Below, piece after piece: positions 1-10,195 of a DNA stretch of 32,641 nucleotides (its first letter is position 1; every line of letters begins with the position of its first letter). The notes beneath the pieces are model-generated. The model did no database searches, was not told the DNA's origin, and worked only from the letters and a program-made list of their open reading frames with translations. Made by a program: the position numbers and the translations under genes. Source of the stretch: Atractiella rhizophila. Lineage: Eukaryota. Location of the stretch: assembly GCA_021432655.1 (NCBI GenBank), contig MU271182.1, positions 267,985 through 300,625 of the forward strand. Reading direction: 5' to 3'.

Positions 1-1050
1 TATCGACTTTCCCTTGAATGACAGGTTTGATCATGTCAATGGAAGGTTGGTAACTCTGAGGCGAGCATCAGAGGTCCGTTCCAGACGCAGGATTTAGCAT
101 ACCTCGGCTGCCGTGACGCGTACATCCTGATGCTTGATCTGGACTTATACACCAAGAACGACGATGAGGCATCGGGCGAAAGCAGTGGAGACCTAACCAT
201 CAGGCTTAGATCCCAATAAATAGACAGGACTAATGCAAATCTTGCCTTCTTGTCGCGATATTTGGCAGCCTGTTCTTCGGTACAATTCTTCCTAATAGAG
301 GCTGCTATTGTAGTAGTCGCACTCAAACCTCCTCTCAACGCCTGTGACGTGACAGCAATGGGAAACTTGTACAGTTTGGCCGCAGGTAATATTAATGGGA
401 GATAACAAAAAATGAGTACACACCATGTGGACACCGGAGGAAAACGGGAGATCTAATAAACATGTTATTATACCACAACAAGGTAGATGTCGAAGGAAAC
501 GTACCAATGAAACAGGCAGCATCTCCCAACCACACGATAGTTTGGCCTGGCTTTTTGATCGCTGTCGTACCTATAATAGAATATCAGCCTCTCAGCCCTT
601 ATGCAAAGCGTGACGTACGAAAAGTCGCTAGTAGATCTTAAAGGCTCGCTCGTGATTCGAGTAGCTGTGCCCAAAAGTTCCAGAATGAGGTTGCGTTCAA
701 GAAGATACGAAAGGAAGTTGCCAGTACTGAAGAATATTACACCGCAGTCCTTAAAGGGGCTCCTCAAGTCCTACAGAGACCTTTCCTTGCAGAGGGATGA
801 ACCAGACCCATCCCGTTCCATCCGCCAGGATTGGAAGTAAGGTGCATTCTCACGATCAGTCCCTACGACTCCTTAGCATCACATCAGCGTCGCACTTGAC
901 AGCCACTGCGCTCACTTCGTTATCAAATGCACCAAAGGCTTTCGATATCCTGGGACTATGTCCCTTGGAACTAGCCCAAGTTTCAGTAATCGCTTTCAGC
1001 TGGCTTCAGTCGCTTCCATTATCAATATGTCTTACGAATAAGGGGAAATA
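1..1050 (-). pseudogene. Flavin-dependent halogenase (RadH/Rdc2/ArmH-like) gene remnant
   Basis: Minus-strand pieces in the expected order: GTDRENAPYFQS/LADGTGWVWFIPL (WxWxIP motif, ~790-850), LRSTSDFSY, RVVGDAACFI|DLPFSSGVHM and ALRGGLSATTTIAASIRKNCTEEQAA, separated by GT-AG introns. There are several frameshifts and no N-terminal GxGxxG. Both ends are approximate. Confidence 0.8.
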
Positions 1051-1303
1051 CAGACTGATTCGCACTTCCTTTATCCCTATTGTCTATTGTCACTAGCAAT
1101 CACCTCACCAGGCGGGAGCGATGAATTTTGGGAACCGTTCCTACGCAGTGCAAGCATTAATTCCTATTAGTCCACCATTGTTGGCATGAGGTAGTGAAGG
1201 GTAGTAAGTTTTATTGAGCCAATTGCAAAGATGTTCGAACGATGCTAAAACACGAGATAGTCTGCAATGCCCCTGACAGACTTAAACACAAAAATGCACC
1301 AAT

Positions 1304-1930
1304 TCATGATTTCTTTACAACACCTTCATCTGATAAACGGTACTCTCTCTCGCCTTCTGCCGACACGTCCTCTACGGCTTCAAGTCTAATTCCCCATCAC
1401 GACCCTGGAACAACATTCACGGCTAACAAGCAGACGGACCTCTTTTCCACATTTATCTCAGTCTCGACATCAACTATCACACCGGCATAACTGGCTTGTA
1501 AACCTCCTTCCATTCGCCTTCCTACACTCTGAAGATGGACGTCTGGTACCGCAGAAACATCACCATTCCGAAACTTTGGAACGATATTGCTGCGTCCAGA
1601 GGAGGCACTGGGGCCCGTGTTTTGGCCATGACTTCCTGAAGCAGCAGATCGAAGGTGCAGCACAATGCGAGAAGCCATCATCGTGGTGAATGTTAGGGCA
1701 AGCGGTCCGTTCAAAGCCGGATTGGGTACCGTAGGATGCTAAGTTTCAGGTTTGCGTCAGTTCAAAGAGAGATCTGTTTGGAAACATGGGGATATGAATA
1801 CAAACCTGAAGTAGATCACGTTGACCAGGTTGCAGAGGGACACGACGGTGAAGTAGAGAACGCCATCACGCATGAAGGTCAACAGGAAATTCGAAAGTGG
1901 TGCGTTCCGCATGTGAGCGACCAATGGCCT
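1304..1930 (-). pseudogene. 3' part of a multi-pass membrane protein gene (DUF6533-associated basidiomycete family)
   Basis: Spliced exons read FLLTFMRDGVLYFTVVSLCNLVNVIYF | ...GPLALTFTTMMASRIVLHLR... | ...LSDEGVVKKS* (TGA at 1304-1306). RDGxxYF and SRxxLxLR are typical of the family. No convincing 5' exons were found. Confidence 0.6.
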
Positions 1931-2989
1931 TCAATAAGTCAGCACCCAGTCAGATGAGAGTTCAGACGCGACGGACACAAGCATGCCTTCATTCGTACTC
2001 TATGCTGTAAGTTTAAATTCCTCTTAAGACTAAGCTGAATTTGTTGAGAACAGGTTTGGTTGAGCTTACTGCATTGCAGTCTGAGCTCGCTCAAGGACGA
2101 CATTCTGTCAAACGGCTTGACCATGGGGACAGACCTGCTCCAGTTTTAATTGTTCAGCGAGCTTTAAGCATGTGCCATTAGACATCGTCTTGCAGTTCAA
2201 TACACCCTCAACTTTGTCCGGATGAGTTAGATGTCTTATTATTTCTTGGTTTACACATCAGTCGGTAGAATGTGTGTTTCTGTCCTCAACTTCACCTGCT
2301 TCGTATCATCAATGTTGTTCTTTTACGGATCGAAGCAGTTCTTCATCTGGCAAGTTTCTCAAAAGCATTATTCACTTTTCCACGAAGAATAATGAACTCA
2401 AACATGTCTACCATTGCGGACAGAGGAACGGCGGAATGAGGAAACGTTTCAATGGCAATCATCATATACTCTATACAGCATGTGTCTCTGAATCACACTA
2501 AAATCAGATTCGAAAAACGGTCCAGCCTGTGATAATGGCTGACGTGAATCTGGACTGAGAATGCACTGACATTTGAATTGTCTGGCAAGACATTGACAAA
2601 ACCTTCCCATACGATATCTCCCCGAAGCATGCTACCAGCAGGGTGCTGATGAAATTTACAAGTTCATGGTATTATGATAAAGAATCTAGTGCTTTTATAC
2701 CTTTACAGTAAGCGGCAAACATTGGTAAGCATGGAAGTCCAGAAAGTTCAAGAAAAACAGCCACAGAACTGGCGGCAATGAATGACGCTCAACGCGCCAA
2801 AATCCTGACAGGTGCTAGATATACTTTTCATTATGCTGAAAGTTTGCACGTTATCCCCATCCGTATTCATGCCAACTCATTTGGGGCTCTCGTGCGTCGG
2901 CTCGGCTCGGATCTCGTGAGGGAATAGACACTACAACACTCCTGTAGCCAGTGAAGTGGCTGTAGTGATGGTAGGAGACGGTAACAGAG

Positions 2990-4137
2990 AAGAATATGGA
3001 GTGGCCAGAGATATTGTCATCTAGATCAGGGCAACCACGACCGGTAGCAACTTACAGCGTGTCAATGTGCTCAACTCAAATTATCTTCCACTTCGTTTTC
3101 CTCTTCTGTTTCTATATGGGGACCAAGGATGGCATCCACAGATTCCGTTTCGAGACCTGCCTGCAGATCTTCCTCCTCGCTCGCGAGAGCACTTCAATGA
3201 TGACGGCATGCAGGTTGGTAATTCTGGGGTTCGACAACATGTCAGCCAAATGGACTTCTATTCTTACATGTTGCATCAACGAAATGATATATTCTCACTC
3301 CCTCTCTACGGTGGTCGGCTCCTGTAAGAATTGGTAGTCGATACTTATGCTCAAATTGAGGCGAATCGACTCAGCTATCTGCGGTTCAATCAGTCTATTC
3401 TTCGAGCTGAGGGGTATCAACGTCTTACAGATGCCCTTGTAGAAGGCTATTCTTTAGAAGATATCGGGAGGCAGACTATATTACCATCAAGTTTCACTGG
3501 CGGTCCATGTTCAATGAATCAGCTGTTCCAGGATGCAATGAGTATGGTTGGTGCCAAAGGACCCCCAAATATCCTTACAACCTTCACTTTCAACCCACAC
3601 TGGGCAGAGATCACTGAAGCCCTCCTACCAGGAAAAAAACCAGAGGATCGACCAGATTTGGTTTCAAGGTTTTTCGACTGAAGGCTCCAAGACAGGTACA
3701 CCCATCATTCTTCTGTGAAATCTCAATCCATCTGCTGGCCTGTGCAACGGCACACAGCTCATTGTCACTCAGCTTCTCCGACGAGTCATCGAAGCAACCA
3801 TCATTACCAGTGCACACAGTGGCAAATCAGTTCTCATTCCTCGAATCGGCATTGACAGTGCAGTATCAAACCCGCTTCCTTTTCAATTCCGGCGCTTTCA
3901 ATTCCCTGGGCGCTTAGCGTTTGCCTTAACTCTGAATAAAGTGCAAGGACAATCTGTTGGACATGTGGGTTTATACTTAGAGTCTTCTCCTTTCTCTCAT
4001 GGGCAGCTTTATGTTGGTCTTTCACGGTTTCAAATGTGAACAATTTACGAGTATTGGTCAAAACAAAGCAAGAAGAGGAAAACAAGCAAACAGATAATGT
4101 AGTTTACAAAGAAGTGTTACGAGCACTCAATCACTGA
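2990..4137 (+). pseudogene. Helitron RepHel remnant: Helitron_like_N region fused directly to the PIF1-type helicase C-terminus
   Basis: Reads YLPLRFPLLFLYGDQGW, GGRLL*ELVVDTYAQIE and ILPSSFTGGP...QDAM...NPHW...DRPDLVSR. From ~3690 it continues KTGTPIILL*NLNPSAGLCNGTQLIV...VLIPRI...RRFQFPGRLAFALTLNKVQGQS..VGLYL...FSHGQLYVGLSR...NVVYKEVL. In-frame stops and frameshifts are present. Confidence 0.93.
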
Positions 4138-4365
4138 TCATCTCTCAGCATGTTCCTAACAGTATAGTCAAAAGCTAAAGTGGTTCTCCGAGGTATGAGG
4201 AGACCACTCAGCATTGCATTGTTTTTTGAAGACAGTAGAGTACATATGGTGAGTCTGTGCTCACTGAAGGCGAGGCCCACGCAGTGGCCGCCAGAGGCTG
4301 GGGTCCAAGGGGCAAAGCCCCTGGTGGGAGGGGATGCCCGAGGGACGAGGCCACTGACACACTTG
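2990..4365 (+). mobile_element. Non-autonomous, internally deleted Helitron; 3' end CTTG|T at 4362-4366; 5' end not defined
   Basis: The RepHel remnant is followed by GC-rich hairpins (GGGGCAAAGCCCC; GTGGCC...GGCCAC) and by CCCGAGGGACGAGG-N-CTTGT. A second copy at 5556-5585 (-) shares this terminal motif. Confidence 0.75.
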
Positions 4366-4701
4366 TGAAGAGAGAAAGAAAGGGGATAAAAACAATAACA
4401 TACCTTTACCCAAGGAAGGTTTCAACTTGATCGTTCTGAGAAGTGCCCTATGCTGCACCAACGCTCATGTCCCCTGTCAGATCCAAGTTCATTTTACTCC
4501 AGCTACGGACTTCTCGTGGGCACCTCCCTCGCCATCGCTTTCTTCCCTCTCCCATTGACTGCGTCGAACTGGTTGCAAAACTAGTTGAAGACCATCGCCT
4601 GCGTTGTTTCGTAGCTGAGGAATAAAGCGGACAACAGGTGCATGATAACTTTGAGGAGGTCGAGACTCCCCGCTTTTACTGATGTCTAAATTATCCATCA
4701 T

Positions 4702-5524
4702 CTACAGCAGAAACAACCTCATTTTACCGCCCACGACGTCAAATTTCACCCTATTGCCAAGGCATAAGCTCGGCCAGAGCAAAGAAGGTGAACTTTGCTA
4801 ACTCACTTTGATAGATCGTCAACGACCCAATCTCCGCCAGCTTCTTTCACCTCTTCCCTCAGATGTCTTGTCACCAACGCAAGGACCTTTGTGCCAGCTG
4901 CCTTTCCACTCCGAACGCCATTTGGGGCATCTTCGACAGCCACACCTGCTCTCTCCTATAATGAGCATGATGTATGCGAAGAAACAGGAGAAGAAAACAT
5001 ACAAGAGGAGGCGGAAAGGGAGAGAGACGAAGCTCCTTGTAAATAAGGGTCTGGGCTATCGTGTTTTGTGGGGTGAGACGGATTGAGAGAACATTAACAT
5101 GGGGAAGGAAGAAAAGGGGAGAACGAACTTTGGTTTACCCTGTGCAACCGTGTCTGCCGTCACAAAGACGTCAGGTTTGGGCAGACCCACCGCCTGTAGA
5201 GCAGCACTGGCATATTTCGTGGTGCCTGGAATGCAGTCACATTATTTAGTTAGTGACCCTGAAAAAGGAGGAGTCAAAAGGGACATACCTGAGGTACAAA
5301 CAGCCCATTTCCCTGCTGAGCAGGCCTTGACAGCTTCTGCAGCTCCCTGTATTACTTGCAGTCTGAGACTGTGAGGAGGGGAGCCGAAACGAATGATGTT
5401 GAGCTCGAACCGTTCAGCTTCTGCCTCAGCCTCCGAATAAGCGCCAGCAGGAAGGTCAACATTTCAATGTGTTGGGAAGAGGATCGAGGAAGAGCGGACC
5501 TGTACTTCTTCAGGGTTGGTGAGT
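4702..5524 (-). pseudogene. 5'-truncated HAD-superfamily phosphatase (glycerol-3-P / 2-deoxyglucose-6-P phosphatase-like)
   Basis: Spliced exons read AEAERFELNII...KWAVCTSG | TTKYASAALQAVGLPKPDVFVTADTVAQGKP | PDPYLQGA | CVAVEDAPNGVRSGKAAGTKVLAL...DWVVDDLS | VKFDVVGGKMRLFLL*. These carry HAD motifs II-IV. Motif I (DxD) is absent, cut off at a Helitron end. Confidence 0.85.
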
Positions 5525-5556
5525 CTGAAGTATTTCTAATTGGATGTTTTGGGTTA

Positions 5557-5705
5557 CAAGCTGGGTGAGCCCTCGTCCCTCGGGTTGACTACATCGAGTT
5601 TCCGCTGTTCAATAAAAAGTGGTTGACTATGCTGTTAGGAGGATGCTGAGAGATATTCAGCGATTGAGTACTCATAACACTTCTTTGGAAACTACATTAT
5701 CTGTT
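5557..5705 (-). mobile_element. 3' end of a second, related Helitron in the opposite orientation
   Basis: 5623-5705 is a diverged reverse complement of 4089-4171 (helicase tail). It ends in CCCGAGGGACGAGGGCTCACCCAGCTTG|T on the minus strand. Confidence 0.75.
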
Positions 5706-6256
5706 AAATTGTGTGCAGGCACTCACAACTTCTTCAAGAGTGACAAAATATAAGGGAACAGAGAATCGAACCAACACCAAAAGCAAAATCAGGTCACACT
5801 TTTACATAACGCCAACTACACCATCGCACGAACTCTTTGCTCAAAAGTACATGCGTGAGTCATGCTAAAACAAGTCGTGCTTTATATATCGTAGCAGCGC
5901 CGTGCGCCAGTCCCCAACCTACGTGTAAGACAAGTCGTGAGTTTTTGGTCTGTGTCTTTTAATTGCGTTGTTGTTCAAGAATAAGAAGCGGTGGAGAGAA
6001 GGAGAGAACAATTCTGGTTAGTCATATGCTACTAGTGGCCGGAGGTACATCATTTTGACCCTCTTGCACAACGGACGGTTGCACCAGCAGTAGTGTGGTG
6101 CATCTTTGCACAAGGACAATACATCTAAGGGGCTACCCAATTGGTTTCCAGGATTTTTGATGCAAGGCATTTGTTGTTTCAGCAATCCCACTTATATTAT
6201 TGTTAAACCTAGCATTCATTGGTGCAGGTTAGTGAGGAAAGTACTCACTATTCAAT

Positions 6257-6911
6257 TGTCAGGTTTACGTCCATGCAAATCGGCGCCTATTCGTCACTTT
6301 GCATCTCCAGTTGCCCATTTGTGTTCTGTGTGAGTCGGCACCTGTCTGTCCGTTGGCACTCCCATCACCAGTCTGTGTCTCACATTCACCAACTTGCACT
6401 TCCCATCACCAACTTGCACTTCCCATCACCACTTTGCGTCTCCCATTGCCTATTTGTATTCTATGTGAATCGGCGGCCATTTGCCTGTTACGGCTGACAC
6501 TATGCACAGTTGCTGATGCATCTGTAGTGGCGATAAACCTAAGGGCACGATATGACATGAGGAGACTAACCTGTAGTGGAGATAAATCTAAGAGAATACT
6601 CTAAGGTCACCTCCACTACTCTTCAATCTATATACAAGCGGAATAACACTGCCACAAAGTGTAGAGGAGAGCAGGTGAAACATGTAAGAGAAACAAAAGG
6701 GGAAAGTGACAGTGGGATTACGTGGGGTTAATAAGAGGAGAATAGACACAATTGGGCTAAGTGTTGATGTGAGCACAAATGGGTGGATGGGCAACCCGGC
6801 TCAGAGTGGCGACGGATGCAAATGAGTGCCAATTCGCAGGGAACGCAAATGGGTGATGAGAGACACAATCCGGCAAACGGGCACCGATTTGCATAAGATG
6901 CAAACCTGACA
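6257..6911. repeat. Degenerate inverted repeat pair A (6257-~6350 / ~6825-6911) with TGTCAGGTTT...AAACCTGACA ends
   Basis: tgtcaggtttacgtccatgcaaatcggcgcc compared with the reverse complement tgtcaggtttgcatcttatgcaaatcggtgcc. Similarity continues for about 90 bp. Confidence 0.7.
6387..6446 (+). repeat. 20-bp tandem repeat x3 (CACCAACTTGCACTTCCCAT)
   Basis: Two exact units and one degenerate unit. Confidence 0.9.
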
Positions 6912-7319
6912 TTGCCTACTTGCACTCTCCATCGCTGCTTTACACCTCCTGTCCCCTGCTTATGTTCTGTGCCAGTCGGCGCCCATTCACCTGGTTACAT
7001 TTCCATCACACGTTTGTCCCTGATTTTCCAGCTTGCTCTGACACATTACCGAAAATGCACCAGTCTATGTCACATGACCCACCTTCCTAGTCACATAGCC
7101 TACTTTCCTGCTTCACAGGTTCACGATCTTACCAATCACCGCCTTCATGGCGGTGCCCTTACACATGTATATATACATTGAGATGTAGTGGCGACCACAG
7201 AGTATTCTCTTAGGTTTATCTACTACAGGTTAGTCTTCTCATGCCATATTATTGCTTAGTTTTATTTCCACTGCAAACGTATTGCCCATAGGTGACTGCA
7301 CATAGTGTCAGCCCTAACA
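6486..7319. repeat. Degenerate inverted repeat pair B (6486-6619 / 7184-7319)
   Basis: tgttacggctgacactatg...gactaacctgtagt...ctaagagaatactc...ccactac matches the reverse complement of 7184-7319 over about 135 bp. Confidence 0.8.
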
Positions 7320-8845
7320 CTTGCTCCTTAGTTTGTTTTCTGTTTCTCCAATCACATATCCTTACTGTGCTCACACATGCTTGCTTATACATGATTGGGG
7401 AACATGTTGAGACTGGGATTCTTCCTATCACACTGGGAAGCATGAAGAGAAAAAATCTTTGTGAGGGGGTATATGTGTCTTTTACATTGTGGGGCACTCA
7501 TGGGACCATAGTTGTCATGGTTTGTCGCTTATCTCCAACGGAACATTAGGCAATACTGCAAAAAAGATATAAGCCACTATTTTCATTTGAAAGCCTTGAT
7601 AATGCTTGGGTAATTGTACTCTCCTGCTTGAATTTTGAGGTAACCTAATCGATCCATGTATTCATCCAAAGAATATAGACTCTGTACCAGTCTTTTCCTT
7701 CTCAGCTCAAGTACAAATAGCACAACACAATTGTGGAACCAACATTGTTGCATTATAGTAGTAACAAGCACATGTCCTTTTCGTATTTTCAGGTACCTTG
7801 TATGGCCTGCTCTCTTCAACCTTGGCAAAAATGCAGCATGATCATCAAGCTTTTGCTGAGCATTCAAATGATGTTTCTTTTGTTCCCTCTCATTATTTCA
7901 TGAGCATGTCTTTGCTTCTTCCTTGCAATAATTTTGGTAAGAGTTAAAGGGGCTGGAAAGAGAATTCTGTACAATTCATGCCTGAATTGTGAGACACAAA
8001 CTTATCAGTTTTGAAGATTTGAATGAATGAGACACTTGATCAGGAAGTTATCTTTTCATTTCTCAGATGTCACCTTTGCGTTTATGCTTAGAGGGCAGGT
8101 GCAGGTTGTAATTTTAGATTTTGGATGGGCAGAAGAAAAAGATGGGTTTGAGAAGCTAGTAGCCCCTCGAGGGGCTCGGATGTAGGTCGGTAAGTGCTGC
8201 GTGCGTGCAGCAGGAATGTCACCGGATGATCGTGTTTGAGCTCGACAAAGACCCTCCTGAACTTTGTTCAGGTCGCGGATAAGGATAAGGATGACATATG
8301 CAAATTGGAAGATTGAAGGGCAAAGACGCACAATAAAATTATCCGTCGTTCGCATTCCCTGACTCTCTGTCACCGCACCTGAGCATGATTGCCTGAGTGG
8401 AAAAAGATGCAGAGGAGCGCACCACTCATAACTTTTAGAACATCCAATCCGGCAGCAGGGAAGCGGGAGGCTCTTCTTCCCATGCCCCTTTGAGTCCATG
8501 ATGGGAGTCAAGCAGGGTGCAATCCATATCAAACAACCTGTGAAATAAAGTGACTGAGCATCAACCAAATCATTTCCATTATAGAAGACGAACACGCCAG
8601 AGAACTCATATTCTAAAAGAGGAGCTTCGACATCGGGCATTCTGAGTGCCATGAGTGTTTGCGGCTGCTCGAGGAGATCAGGCGTTCTTATAAGTGCTGA
8701 TGCACTGATCGCTCTGTTGTTTTTCTCTGCTGCTTTGTTAACCTCAAACAAATGCATTACGCTTGGCTGAGCTCTTGCAAACGCATGAGCAGCCGTTTGC
8801 AAGAGCAGCAGAAACACAAGAACAGGTGTTTATATACATGAGAGC

Positions 8846-9598
8846 TTGTGGCAAATAGAAACTCACGCCCCGTCTCCTTCTGGGGCTCAAAGCGGTCTCA
8901 CTGCTGCTGATGAAGCGGTTCAGCTCTGGAGCGACATTTATGAAAGCAATCTGCCTCCTCCTGATCGCCCGCACTTTGATGGTCCTATCTTCGACGAAAA
9001 GTGTTGGGGCCTAGGCCACCTCTCTCCTCTTCAGCGATTAGAAGCGCTCTCGCTCGCAATCCAAAGGGCAAGTCTTTCGGCATTGACGGTCCATGCTCAC
9101 CTACTCGCCACTCTCTCATGCTTCTCTTCTGATGAGGAGAAGGAGAATGCTCCCACCAGGTTCTTTTCTCTCACTGACCACCTCTCCTCCCTATTTCGCC
9201 TGGTTGCTGCTACTCGTCCTACTCCTTCACGATGGGGTGAACAGGTCATGCCCTTCATCCCAAAAGGCAAGGATCGTCCTCCAACCGCTGCTGATAGCCG
9301 CCCCCTGTCCCTCTTTGTTATGTTTCGGCGTCTTTGGGAAATCCTTTTCCTTCCCGCCCTTTCCAGCGAGGATCCCTCAAGCTGGAATTTCACACATATG
9401 GCCCAGGCTGGGTTCAAAAGAGGGTTCTCCTGCCTATCTAACCTCTTGATTGTCGACTCAGCCGCGAGAACTCGTCAGCGACCCATAGCGATTTTCCTGG
9501 ACTTTGAACGCGCCTTCCCGTCAGTCCGTCACGACATTGCTGACGCTAACTTGAAGTCCCGCGGTGCTCCTTCAGCTATCCGCGAACTCTGCGTCTGA
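8846..9598 (+). pseudogene. Non-LTR (LINE) reverse transcriptase fragment, RT subdomains 0-3
   Basis: W....FIPKGKD......SRPLSL....RRLWE, QAGFKRGFSC and IFLDFERAFPSV. There is no YADD, so the fragment is truncated. Confidence 0.9.
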
Positions 9599-10195
9599 AC
9601 CTCTTTCTACCATCTCAAGCCCTCCGACTCTTCTGCGGCTCTCGCCTCTGAAACGTTGGCGAAGAGATTTTCGCCACGGAATAGCCGTGGAACTAGCTAC
9701 ACCAACACCCAAAGGGTGGGGTTCGATACGATGGGAGCTGCAGCTGTTGACCCGGAACGAGAGGAACTAGTCGGGAGTTTCTTTTTGCTACGGATCTGAA
9801 TGAGTATTCTGTCGAGGTGTACGTTTTCCTTCCTCCTTGGTGGCGTGGAGCGTGGGCGATTGATGTATCAATTGACTTGTGTCTGAAGTCTGAACTGGAC
9901 GATTGAGAATTTGGCAGAAGATGGAGATGAACTCGCCGTTCTTCGAGTGACCGAACGTGAGCTCCCCTTCCTCTATTCGCAAATGTACGACTGATGTGTT
10001 CTTCCAATGGCTCGGCAGCTGGTTCCAAGAAAAGACGAACAGACATCAGTGTGTTGCTTCCCTCCTGATTCGCTTTTTTCGCCGCTCTGAAGACAGTGCG
10101 TGTTGGGATAACAGATTTCAATCATTGTTGAATTCGCAATTGGAAATATCGAAGAAACCATCCACAGGTCCGCTCTCTATTAGGCTTGTCACGGA

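Noticed and set aside
2461..2482. A|TCATATACTCTATACAGC as the Helitron 5' end
   Set aside because: It fits the A|TC rule, but no second copy confirms it and such motifs are common.
2929..2967. CACTACA...TGTAGTG mini inverted repeat resembling CACTA ends
   Set aside because: Only 39 bp with 7-bp arms and no TSD, so it is compatible with chance.
6361..6620. Short spaced repeats as a CRISPR-like array
   Set aside because: The units are tandem or degenerate without unique regular spacers, the context is eukaryotic, and there are no cas genes.
8056..8817. 253-aa minus-strand ORF open in both copies; also an ILDFGWA kinase-like string on the plus strand
   Set aside because: No recognisable domain, and no other kinase motifs. 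Staying open in two near-identical copies is not evidence of selection.
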